Shown here in pieces: positions 52,638-64,000 of a stretch of 64,000 nt of DNA. Below the pieces are notes generated by a model. The model ran no database searches. It was given only the letters and a program-made list of their open reading frames with translations, and was not told the origin of the DNA. The stretch spans positions 1,798,001 through 1,862,000 of the forward strand of contig OZ210884.1 in NCBI GenBank assembly GCA_964658305.1, read 5' to 3'. The position numbers and the translations under genes are program-made. The stretch's first letter is position 1. The number at the start of each line of letters is the position of its first letter. The stretch comes from Leptogorgia sarmentosa. Lineage: Eukaryota.

Positions 52638-52853
52638 AATGTACACGTTCAACTTCAACATTATCATTTAATTGTCGGGGAACATTCCGTTTTACATTAC
52701 ATTTACATCAAGCCGTTCCCAACCATAACATAAGTCTTATAACAAACAATGCATGAACAGAGGATATTAAAAGGAAAACATGAAATGTACCCGTTCAACT
52801 TCAACATTATCATTCAATTGTCAGGGAACATTCCGTTTTACATTACATTTACA
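52638..52853 (+). repeat. 70-bp direct repeats flanking a 76-bp copy of the copy C last exon/3'UTR
   Basis: 52638-52707 matches 52784-52853; 52707-52782 matches 49355-49430 with 3 mismatches. Confidence 0.85.
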
Positions 52854-53336
52854 GTTACAAAAACCATTAATATTCGTTGGCGTTTAAATACGAGAGAACA
52901 CGTTGAAAATTACTTGTGAAACAAAGTCCAAAGTCAGTGAATAAAACTGCGTGCTGATGCAGTCTTGAAAAATAATCAAATAAAACATTTCGCATGCCCA
53001 GTTACTCACATTTTATGCTGTTGCCTTCGAAATACTCAATTATTATGACGAGCGAAGAAAAGTTGATCTGCTACGTAGTTAAACGTGGGCATGATGCAGT
53101 GTGATTTTAATGGGTGATCGATGTACTATAATAATATTCGTTGGGTATGAACACTTATGCGCTGTATAGTGTTTAAACGCATTTAAATCAAACGTCTACC
53201 CTCGACCGGCCGTTCGAATGTGAGTAGTATTATTAGTATAGGAGTTCATGTTTGAAAGAAGATTTTCGAATCAATCGAATGCCTTTGTAAAACTATCTAT
53301 TCTCGATTATGATTTTTTTAGGAAACAAAGTTCGAT

Positions 53337-56300
53337 ATGAATACTGGCATATTTTCCGTTTGGATTTTCATTTGCATATTTTACTTTCAAATTCAAGGTA
53401 AAACCTTACTTTTTGAAATTAATGAAATATATGGCTTGCCAGTCCAATCCTGCCCTGTTTTAAAAATGATTCAACTTCTTATGCTACTTTTCATGTTTTA
53501 CTTTCGGATCTCATACTCAGCAAATACTCGCAATGCGTGTGCAATAATATTCCCCCATTCATGCAACGCACGCTGATAGTTTTCTATTTCTCAGACATAA
53601 TATTCCTGCAATGCCATTTTATTTTTTCAGAAAGTAGATGCGCTGTGAAGACTACGTCGGGAGAACTTTGTGTGTTCCCGTTTTATTACAACAAGAAATT
53701 GTATTACTCGTGCACGACAGTGGATTATGAAAATAAGCTGTGGTGCGCAACCTCATTTAATTACAACCGTGATAACAAATGGGGAGATTGTGACACAACT
53801 CGAGGTAAGTGGAAGCACCCAAGTTATCGAGGACCTGCGATTCCTTGTTTAGCGTTCGCATACTTGTGGAATATTAAAGGGATCAAAGAATTATATGTGG
53901 AAAACGACATCATAACTGATGTCACATCTGGCCACGCCTTTCGGAAGTCACGCAGTGGCATTATGGAACCTCCGATTGTTTAATTATCTAATCTATACAA
54001 ATTACTTGAGTCTATTAGAAATGTACAGTTAATACTCATGCTTTCCATTTCTTTTACACTAGATTATTATTTATTTATTCTGGTGAAGTATTTCGGAACC
54101 ATCTCTAGGTGTACGAACAAGGCGTGTCCAAAACCTATAAAAAGTTCTTTTTCGATATCAACCTCAACACTAATTACATAATTATGTTCATTTCTAAGGA
54201 CCACACTGCACAGTGAGTTCAACAACTAGGGAGTCGTGTGTCTTTCCATTTTATTACAAAGGCAAACAGTTTACGTCATGTACCACAGTCGATAACGGAA
54301 ACAAGCTCTGGTGCGCGACCACACGTAATTACGAAAGAGATGGAAAATGGGGAGATTGTGATGTCAAACAAGGTAAGCCATATAGTGCATATACAACTAC
54401 ATTGAAACATACAATTTGATTAGTCAACAGCCGTGCAGGATCCGACAATCCTTCATAGTACTATAGGGAGAACTCCTAAATGCTTACTCACATGTTCACG
54501 AGTACTGAGATTTTAAGATGTCGCTAAAAAAACAATTTGAAAATTTGACCTTAAGAAGAAACCGGGTTTTCCCTTTTATGAAATAGAAATGAAAGCTTTG
54601 GGTTGTTTCACTGTAATTAAAAATAATTATCAAATGGTTTCCTCGAGCAGGATAGCGTCGTCTAGCTATGGATTAGGGATGTGGCGTGAGTTACGCAGTA
54701 TCATAGGATATCAATTAGGATATCATTCGATATCATAGGTCCAATGTTCCTACCCTACTGTCGTTACAAAGAACACTAATCGAGCATTATTTTAATCTTC
54801 TATCACAGCTAATAACTTTTTTAGTACAAACTACCCTATTTACAGTAATCACCCATAAATCTTTGCATAAATTAAACATTTTTGCATGTATTCAAATTAA
54901 TTGGCAACCTTCTTCAAAGCGCGGCTATTGCGTACGGCACGCTGTTCAAACAATCAGAGCGCGGCTGTATCGTGCGTCACGCTGTTTGACCAATCAGAGC
55001 GCGACCATAGCGCACGTCACGCTGTTTGACCAATCAGAGCGCGGCTATATCGTGCGTCCACATGCATCACCCTAAAAAAAGGCTTCATCGGCCAGTCTAA
55101 TACTACTCCGGTGTCACATTTTTTACACACTTTCCAGAATTATCGCAAAATCGCCGGAATATAGATGACGCAATTCTGCACGGAAAGCCATTCCATATTC
55201 CTTCATTCCTTTAAATTTTTATTACTCCGAACATTTTTCAGTCGCACGATGCATCAATTCTTCTATAAAAGGTTTCAAGAACAAGGTTGCAGGTAATGAT
55301 TCTATGTTGTAAAAGTCATTTTCCATTCGTAACATACTAACATACACAGCTACGTTTTTGAAATCTATACCATTTCGTTCTGTGTAAGATAATTATATGC
55401 AATATATTTGTCATGTTAGACATTTGCAACCTTGAGCCGCCAAAATTTTGTTTTGTTAAGGCAAATATAAAAAATTGTAAAGGCGCATCATGCTAAAGAG
55501 GCCTTCTGCATGTTTTCCAGCGACACTCAACAAAAAATTTTGGGATATCTGAAACGGTAGTGGTATTTTATATTTGAACGATTAAAAATTACTTTACATG
55601 CCTCCCTTGCGGGGCCACTGGATAAAGTTTGATTTTGATTATTCTACTGGAAGAGTAATTAACAATTGACCTAGCCAACAGCTTCTTAAAAAAGATGCAA
55701 CGCTTAATTACCCCGGTATATATGTAGGTACTCTCGCTATCATTCCCATTCTCGGAAGATAATGTCATTTGTTACAAAAGTACTCTGCTGGTTATTAGTT
55801 ATTTTGAATAATATTCGAACAGCTGCAAATAAAGTAGTTGGATGTCCAAGCTGTTGGTTATCACTTGATATCCATTAAAGCCATGGATATCAAGTGCTCT
55901 GCAGTTTCAAGCATTTCTAGAATTTTCTGGATTTTTTAGAAACGGAGTGTGTCGCGAAAACCACTTCTGGAAAACCTTGTGTTTTCCCGTTTTACTACAA
56001 CAAGAAATGGTTTCAATCATGCACATCAGTGGATTATGGCAAATTATGGTGCGCAACATCTTCCAGCTACGACAGAGATAACAGATGGGGAGACTGTGAA
56101 ATTACATCCGGTATGTATAATATGAATTATAAAATAACCGGAATTAAGTGAATAAGATTGCGCGCGCGTGATTGGCTAACAGCCGTGTTGATGTGCGATT
56201 ATGTAAACACAGCTATTTCCCGCTGCTTATCTTTATAAAAGTAATAGAAAACGTTTTCTCATGTTTACATTGAGTTATGTAAACACGAATGCTAGTTTGG

Positions 56301-58472
56301 GAGAACGAGAAATGTGTCTAGTCTATTCGTTAATTATAATATCACGCATTTTTAGATTTCCTGTAACATACATTGCACAACACTTTATTAATATCTTCAT
56401 CGACGTCCTTTTTATTAGCACAGATCTAGAATAACTGCTAAATTAACAGCGGGACTCACTACTGATTTTTTCTCAGCCAATAGTTCTGTAAAACTTCTCT
56501 TTACATTAGCATGAGCTAGATCGACGTGCTAATGCTTGTGAGCTTTGATACCATAAAATATTCTTTCTCGCGCGCACCAGGAAGTAATTCGAGACTATTA
56601 CGTAACTAGTCTTTTTTGACCTACGCGACAACAGGCAAAAAAGGTTAATATTAACGCTATAACTATTTTTAAGGATCTGAGTGCAAAGTGAATACTACCT
56701 CCGGGGAACTTTGCGTTTTTCCGTTTTATTACAAAAAGCAACGCTACCAAACGTGTACAACAGTGGATAATGGAAATACTTATTGGTGCGCAACTAAGCG
56801 CAGTAACTACGATGTGTTCAAGAATTGGGGAGTTTGTGATCTGAGTCAGGGTAAGTGACCTTAAATTAGAAATACACCAAATCATGACATTTACAAAAAC
56901 ATATCCAACCATTGTCGCTCCCAGTGCACAGTTTTCAGGTTGGTGTGGTGGAACATAGACCTTCAATTGAACAGCAATGTAATCTTCTAAGTAGTTTCGT
57001 TCTGTAATCTCCACATAGTTTCGTTCATATTTTGAAGTTTCCATGCAATCATGATGTTACATTAGTTTCCAAAATGCCTATACGTTACCTTAAAGCAAGG
57101 GTAAGAATGTAAGATATAGTAAAAGTAATAATTTGACCCTTCATTTTCATACTTTTTAACAGAAATTTTTAGTTTCTGAGGTTCAAATTGCTATTCTTTA
57201 GAACTTTGGATTTTAGATAACAAAATTGCAGGGCCTTTTTTCAAGGATTTTTCCGAGGAGAGTCCAACTATATGAAAAAGGATTTTAGTGAACAGCAAGA
57301 AAATAACTATAAAATAAATAATTTCTATTGTTATTTTCACTTTTCCTCTAACATTTAGTGGCACGATGTCTAAAAGCTCCCTGCTTTAATGGCGGTACCT
57401 GCAGAAATATTGGAGACTCTTACAAATGTGTTTGTTCTCCTGGATTTCACGGCAGCCGCTGCGAAATTGAAGGTAAAAATTTTGCAATTTAAAAGTTTTC
57501 GCTGATGTAGTTGATCCGATATTTTAGACGAATTGGGAAAAAACCATTTCAGTGTCTAAAGTCTCCTTTTTTCAGTTTGACGCTACGTTTACGTTGTATC
57601 GGATCACTTGCTGCATGCTTCGTTCGCGAAGCGCTTCAATACATGTACAAGCCTTACACGTCCCGCCCTGCAGTTGTTGTCGAGTTTGATTAAATTATGC
57701 GATAATCAGGTCTTATCTCGTCGCCGTCGCCACTTCCCGTCGCGTTGCCAAACTCTCTAATAGGGAGTTTAAGATCCTGACGACGGACTACCGACTACGT
57801 TTGAAATATTTTTGCTCATCCGTCTACATCACTGAACTGGATTTACCTATATCCAGATATTGTGTTCTTAACTTTGAATTCTATCAGTTGTATATGGAAA
57901 TATTTTCTACCACGTATATGCTGCGTATTCAGTTCTGTGGTTATGCTTTACCGTGCTTTTATACAACACAATAATATGATTTTCATGTCGTAGTCAAGAC
58001 ACTACGGTGAAAAGTATACTCCAGGGGATATGTAAATGATTTGTCGCATTGTTAAAGCAATATACGAAAACAAGCGTCCAACCGTAGTGGAAATGCGTGC
58101 TCAAAATCGGTTTGATTAGTGTTTAGAAATAAAGCGACGCAAAAACTGAATCCGAAATACCATACCAGTTGGAGCTGTGGAGCGTCGCATGGTTGCTTCG
58201 TTTCCAAGATTGAAGCTATTTCATCGTTCCGATGTAAATAGAAGCATCATACCGCTTGGTTTGTCGTCGTTTCGCAGTTATCCGATAGAACGTGAATGTA
58301 GCTCAGTTCGTGAGTTAGTGACTTGGGAATAAACGTAGCCTCTATATGCAAAGATGTTTAATTTTTACTGATAGTTACATATTATTATTAACAATAGGTC
58401 ATTATTTACTAAATTACCACTAACTTTACATCCTTGTTTTTCTTCTCAGAAAACGTTTTGCAACGAAAATAG
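53337..58472 (+). CDS. Secreted protein with four fibronectin type II (FN2) domains and one EGF domain, about 297 aa
   Basis: Exons 53337-53397 (signal peptide), 53631-53804, 54199-54372, 55940-56110, 56674-56850 (each CVFPFYY...CTxVD...WCAT..Y....WGxC), 57359-57472 (EGF CLKAPCFNGGTC...CVCSPGFHGSRC), 58450-58472 (ENVLQRK*). All phase 1. The last exon is the least certain. Confidence 0.85.
54918..55058. repeat. Three tandem copies of a 40-bp unit containing GACCAATCAGAGCGCG
   Basis: CACGCTGTTTGACCAATCAGAGCGCG variants repeated at 40-bp spacing. Confidence 0.75.
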
Positions 58473-58892
58473 CAAAATTCAGAGAATCATGATTCCAAAG
58501 AGACTCTTGCGCGAATTCATCGCGGACCTTGAATCTATGAAATTATCAAACAATGCATGTAATTGGAAATGTTTAATCTGATGACTAAGCTAGAAAAATT
58601 TATGTGAAATTTATTAATGCTCAAAGACTCGATTCAGCCATAATTATAATAAACGGATTATTGACATCGCTTGTTCGTTCTGTACTGTGAATATCAGACC
58701 GAGACCGAAATTTGTGTATCCATAGTTGCCTGGGTAGTATAAAAACAATAAAGTAGACTGCATGTGTATCAAGGAGACTGTGCATTTGGCGGTTTTGTGT
58801 TGTCTTTCAATCTGCGTGACAAACTGAGCGGACGCAAATTATAGGACATGGACTGTTTTATTTCATTGTATTTTTTCAGGTTTTAGAAGTAA

Positions 58893-59012
58893 GGCCTAGG
58901 TCAAACGTCGAACTTTTCATGTGCCGAACCTAATGTTAATGAGCCAAGTTCTTTGTTAGAGCTCATTAGCATTAGGTTCGGCGTATGAAAATTTCGACGT
59001 TTGCCCTAGGCC
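58893..59012. mobile_element. PIF/Harbinger (Tourist-like) palindromic MITE, 120 bp
   Basis: GGCCTAGG...CCTAGGCC termini and TAA TSD; the empty site AGTAAGTCC is present in the duplicate at about 60391. Confidence 0.9.
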
Positions 59013-59301
59013 TAAGTCCTTTTAAACGAAAAATTAAGAATAATTCATATAGGTTCCTCTGTCTGTCTGTCTATGTTTACAGAATAATCATAGCCAGCGA
59101 TTGTCCTCTGAATATTCCCTTTTGTCATAGTGTATGATCGATGGCAGTCTAAGTAGTGAGTTCCGGCTGTTATTGAAGAATATTGACTTCAGAGCTCTTT
59201 GGCTTTTAACTTCCTCTCTATGGCTCTAGTTCCCCTAATGCGCTCTGTTTCGGCTATTGGTTTAAGTATTTCCTGCACGTCACCACCTTCCATACAGCCA
59301 A

Positions 59302-59503
59302 CCCTTACGAAAAATACACATGTAAAAACCCACATGTGAAACACACGTGGTTCACATGTGGAATTAAAACAAATCACATGTGTTTCACATGTGGGTTTTT
59401 ACCTGTGTTTCAGTTCACATGTGGTTCACATGTGAATCATATGTGAATCATATGTGATTGTTCCAATTCCACATGTGAAAAACATGTGTACTTTTCATAA
59501 GGG
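59302..59503. mobile_element. CMC/CACTA-type MITE, 202 bp
   Basis: CCCTTACG...CATAAGGG termini and AA TSD; the empty site CAGCCAATCAAA is present in the duplicate at about 60675. Confidence 0.9.
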
Positions 59504-61523
59504 AATCAAAATGATTTCTTCTGACATTGACGATGAGCATTGAATAAGAATGATTTTTAATTTCATATAGGCTCGACGTTTGTTTATATCAGAACATAAG
59601 CACGGTTGCACATGGAAATAAAATTTAACTAATTTTATAATTTACTCCTTTAAGGCTCAAGGTTAAATACGGTACTACAGTTATTTTCCGGTTTCAGCCA
59701 TTTCAAGCACTTTCAGCTTAGAGTGGACTTCAACTTCACCATTAATATGACAAATATTTTTGAAGTGGGGATGAATGATTCTTACACTCTATAGCATAAG
59801 CTATAAAGTATAATAATTATAAGCGCAAGTTTAAGGTAGTTAGCACATGGTTAGAAGCAGGACCGGCGCCAGAACGTGAATTGGGGGGGGGGGGGCATAT
59901 TCCTATTTTGGTGTTGTGCCGACTGATTTATTTTGAAATGAATTCATAAACAACTAACTGCAAAAGACATCATCAGTCGGCAGAGTGCCAAATTGAATTC
60001 CAATATTGGTCATTCTGATGCGAAGTTGGTGCATACATATTTTCGAGTTCAATTGCGGGAACAGACTTCAGTTCCTGCCTCTTGGCAGCACATTCCACGT
60101 TTACTTGTTGACAAGCCAAGCCATACACGTGTCGCATAAGTGGGTCACGCAGGGGAAACACAAACTGAAACATGCTAACTCACACGATTTGTGGTGTCCA
60201 TTCTCCAGACTTTTGGTTATTCTCTCGCGAGCTCATAAAATTTCCTTTAAAATCCTTTAGAATAGGATTTGGCATGGATGTGCGCCTTTTCTTGTCATAA
60301 AAATGCCCATACAGTCCTCAAAAGATACCTGCGCTATGCACCTGTCCTTTGAACTGTTTTATTTCATTGTATTTTTTCACAAGTTTTAGTAGTAAGTCCT
60401 TTTAGACGAAAAATTAAGAATAATTCATATAGGTTCCTCTGTCTGTCTGTCTATGTTTACAGAATAATCATAGCCAGCGATTGTCCTCTGAATCTTCCCT
60501 TTTGTCATAGTGTATGATCGATGGCAGTCTAAGTAGTGAGTTCCGGCTGTTATTGAAGAATATTGACTTCAGAGCTCTTTGGCTTTTAACTTCCTGTCTA
60601 TGGATTTAGTTCCCCTCATGCGCTCTGTTTCGGCTATTGATTCAAGTATTTCCTGCACGTCACCACCTTCCAAACAGCCAATCAAAATGATTTCTTCTGA
60701 CACTGACGATGAGCATTGAATAAGAATGATTATAAATTTCATATAGGCTCGACGTCGCGAATCAATCATCAATTGCATGAGCGTGTTGTTGGGTTAGGAC
60801 AAGCAGGTTTGGAATCTTACGTCATTTCATTTATCCAGCTATAAGGAAATTGTCTCATATATAGAAACTAAACTCTCATACCATCGTTGGACGGACTATC
60901 TGCAGCCGAAGTATAAACACGATCATTTTTCTCAACCGCGTGGAGGTCTGGTAAGCCATGTACGCAAATACTAAGCGGAAATGAGTACCATATAGCTCAC
61001 TAGTTATTGCAATAGTATCGGGGTTTTTGTTGTGAGCAGTGCCGGTTACTAAGACATAGGTAGAGGAAGGAAATGTTTGATTGGATTATTGCTGGCTTAA
61101 CTAAGTTGAGTTCTGGCTTTTCGATTATGCTCATTGAGCCGAGATCTGCCGAATAATGGCATATCAAAGGTGGAATTTGTTCCTTGATCTCTGAGCATAG
61201 AACACAATGTATTTTTTTATTACCTTACTCCGTTCGAAAAAGGATTAAATATTCGACCGTTTTTGAAACATCGAACATTGCAAAACATCGCGCTCCTTCT
61301 TCATCAGTATGTGCTGTGCTGTAGACCGCGTTCAGGTGGTAATTAGCTAGAAAAATTAAAAATTCTTTAGCATAATAAAAGTATTTTTTCTGGTCATGTA
61401 AACATTAATCTCGGCATCACGTAAATTATCCGATTTACCCAGTTGTCAAAGTTTTCGTGATTAAATCGAATCTGAAAACGGTAAGAGGTTATATTTCTTC
61501 TTTCAAGAAACACAACAAGAATC

Positions 61524-63853
61524 ATGGACAGAAGTGCCGTTATGCGTCTCGTGATTTTCATAGCCCTGAATTATTTCACAGTTCAAGTCTTTTGTCAACT
61601 AGAAAGGTGCTGGGGATCATTTAACTACTGTTCTGCTCAATTTGGGGACATGAACGCCATTTGTAAAAACGGCTACTGCTACTGTACTGGCAAAGACTAT
61701 GATTATAACACATGTTTGCGTAAGTTGTCTTCTAAAAAACCTTTTGTTTCGTCTAGATAATGTCATTTCACTTTGTCTTTGTGTGCCACTGATTTAAATT
61801 TCTCACCCTAGCTGACGCATATGGATGTAAAATAGTTCGAAACCCTAATGACATTTACAGTTGCTCTCCTGATAACAGTTCACTCCAATACGAGGTGCAT
61901 GTACTGGCTGTGTACGAGGCTACCAGCGGACGTCCTTCAACAGCTGCTAAGGCCAGTGTCGATATCATCAGTCGTGGAAAATCCAACAGACCCATTGTAC
62001 TTGTTCTCAGTAGCTACGAACCAGTGAATTGGGTTCTTAATATACCATCTCACACAACTATCGCAAAAGTTATCCTGGTTAGTAAAGAAATTCCCTAAGG
62101 TCAGGGGCGCAGCGAAGGGTATACATTTTGGGGAGTGCGAGATAAGTTTTTGCCGACAAAAGGTCGTGGTTAGGGCGTGTTTTGGGCGTCGACGAACCAC
62201 ACCATATTTAATTTTGAAAGGATTATACCATATATAATATCATTGTTGTCAATTTCCTGGACGCTGATTGGCGAAAAAGCTTCAACAACTGTGCAGATTA
62301 AACATTAATTGCACGGTTTCGGGCACGCGGTACATTCTAAAAACAAATAAATAAACGCTTATCAACGCTAAAATTCTTGTTTTTTTCGTCATTTATTGTC
62401 AACTTTGGACAAAAATGTTTAGTGAACGTGTACTACAATAATATATTATTAATACGAAATTACACTTGTTCTCGAAGTATTAATGGAAAATTGCACTTGT
62501 GTTTGGCAAGAAAATTGCACTTGTGTTTTTCCTATACTAATTGGTTGAGAGTGAGAACGATTTATTTTCAAAATACCCGAAACAATTTCTTAAAATACAT
62601 GGTAAAATATTGAGGTAACTGCCGAAATAGACAGAAGTGATTTTCATCGTCGCCGCCGAACGGGCTCAGGAGTGGTGGTGCGGCTGTGAATACTGTACTA
62701 AATTGGAGGGGTAAAAATTCCCCTGGGAATTTGGAGTGCCTAGATCATCGGAAATGGAACTTTTGGGGTCTCATATAGACGTATCTTTCGTTGATTATGA
62801 CATATTCTTACCGAAATACATTTTGACGTTTTCGATCCGATAGCCAAAGTTTTCAGAAATAGCATGTTCACTTAGGCCACCTATTGATTTCACACTCAGT
62901 TTGGCGACAACATGTGCCGACGGACATAGTCGATGACATTACGCCCTTGAGTAAGATAGTGCGGTCATATCTATTTTGTTTAAGAGGATATTTTTTTCTG
63001 ATACGCGTATTTTCGGTGCAATATGCCTAAAACGCGAAATCTTCTTGGCTTCTCAAAATGACATTTTTTCTATGATTATTATGTCGATGAAACAGCTTGC
63101 TGTTTGCCAAACCGTGCTTGGGGTTTCAGAAAGTTAAAGGAATATAAAAATTAAGAGCGCCAATAACCGGCCCAACCAGCTGGAAGAATTTGTTTACAAC
63201 CATTCAAGTAACATTTCAACGTGATTTAATTTCTATTAGGCATACTCTTCAAAATCTTTTTACTTTGGTTTGATATCATAAATTATGAAGCCATTTAAGT
63301 TTTATTCTGACATGTGAGAAACCTGAAAATTCAAAATATGAATTTCCACCATGATCTTGACTATTGAGCGCGAAATACGTGACATGGAGAAAATTTTCGC
63401 CTGTATATGTTTGCCGTGTCAATGATAAACGCATCTTGCCGGAGATTCTCCTATGATTTTGTAGTATTTTCATTTGTTTGTTATTATAATAATGTTTTAA
63501 CGTACCATTCCTACCACAAATGACATATATCAATTATTCTCAATATACAAATTTAAAAAAAATGTAATTCTCAACAATATGAGCATATATTCTCTACTTT
63601 ATAATAAAATGGAATGTTAAAATGCTGGAATATGTATTAGTTATAGGTTTCAGTACTTGAAAACTGAATTATTTCTTATCCTTAATTTTTCATGTTATTA
63701 TTTTTTGTAGGTGGCTTACGACATATTAGAAAGTTCGGTCAGCGGTGACGTCAGTCGAGTGAAAAACTTTGAACGAATTGGAATGACGAATTCCGAGTGG
63801 TCTTGTGGATTCGGGAGTGATTTAGGTGGATGCAATACAGTTAAGAATTTGAA
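61524..63853 (+). CDS. Secreted protein, 5' part: signal peptide, Cys-rich module, then an uncharacterised bacterial-like beta domain (3' incomplete)
   Basis: Exons 61524-61719, 61812-62077 and 63711-63853 are phase-compatible with GT-AG sites; contains EVHVLAVYE...RPIVLVLSSYEPVNWVLNIPSHTTIAKVILVAY. Ends at a donor, so the gene continues beyond the window. Confidence 0.85.
62102..62949. mobile_element. Possible old hAT-like non-autonomous element in intron
   Basis: CAGGGGCGCA ... TACGCCCTTG imperfect TIR; flanks only partly similar (CCTAAGGT / AGTAAGAT). Confidence 0.4.
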
Positions 63854-64000
63854 GTAAGGAAATAATTAATCTCAGGGCCGCGCATCCATTTTCATGTTGG
63901 GAGGTTCAATTGAATAAAAAAATGTTGATATCACGTGTTTTGCATCGCATCAAAATCGACTGCGACATTTAATTGAAGGTGCGTCAGCATACCTGTTATT

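Larger units (their letters stand above)
58852..60755. repeat. Direct duplication of an about 0.4-kb segment (58852-59579 with two MITE insertions; 60353-60755 uninterrupted)
   Basis: Near-identical sequence including TCTGTCTGTCTGTCTATGTTTACAG and CTTCAGAGCTCTTTGGC. Confidence 0.9.

Noticed and set aside
56598..57044. 148-aa minus-strand ORF
   Set aside because: Antisense shadow of FN2 exon 5 plus intron; no independent coding signal.
59189..60778. Duplicated minus-strand ORFs GCxEGGDVQEIL..IAETER
   Set aside because: Similarity is explained by the DNA duplication; no recognisable domain or supported exon structure.

Overview
AT-rich, intron-containing animal genomic DNA, most likely an anthozoan cnidarian/octocoral (inferred from gene and repeat style only). 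The window holds a cluster of + strand cell-surface/secreted protein genes that I reconstructed exon by exon from splice sites and reading-frame phase. (1) A 6-exon, 438-aa three-Ig type I receptor with a cysteine-less V-like domain, a GC-AG intron and two ITAM-like YxxL pairs (12708-17240). (2) A three-copy tandem family of signal peptide/half-EMI/EGF/TM genes: one exon-1-only remnant, one intact copy (23232-32608) and one copy with a nonsense codon and a missing EGF exon (41081-49404). (3) A 4xFN2+EGF secreted protein gene (53337-58472) whose last exon hides an out-of-frame ZP-like start. (4) The 5' part of a secreted protein with a bacterial-like domain (61524 to beyond 63853). Introns and intergenic DNA contain decayed LINEs (one with a 2A-like motif), an internally deleted CACTA element with spliced accessory exons, hAT/PIF/CMC-type MITEs (two with empty-site controls in the window), local duplications, and a 395-bp inverted repeat whose arms each carry the N-terminal half of an OTU protease. 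All family names come from motif recognition by eye; no database searches were run.
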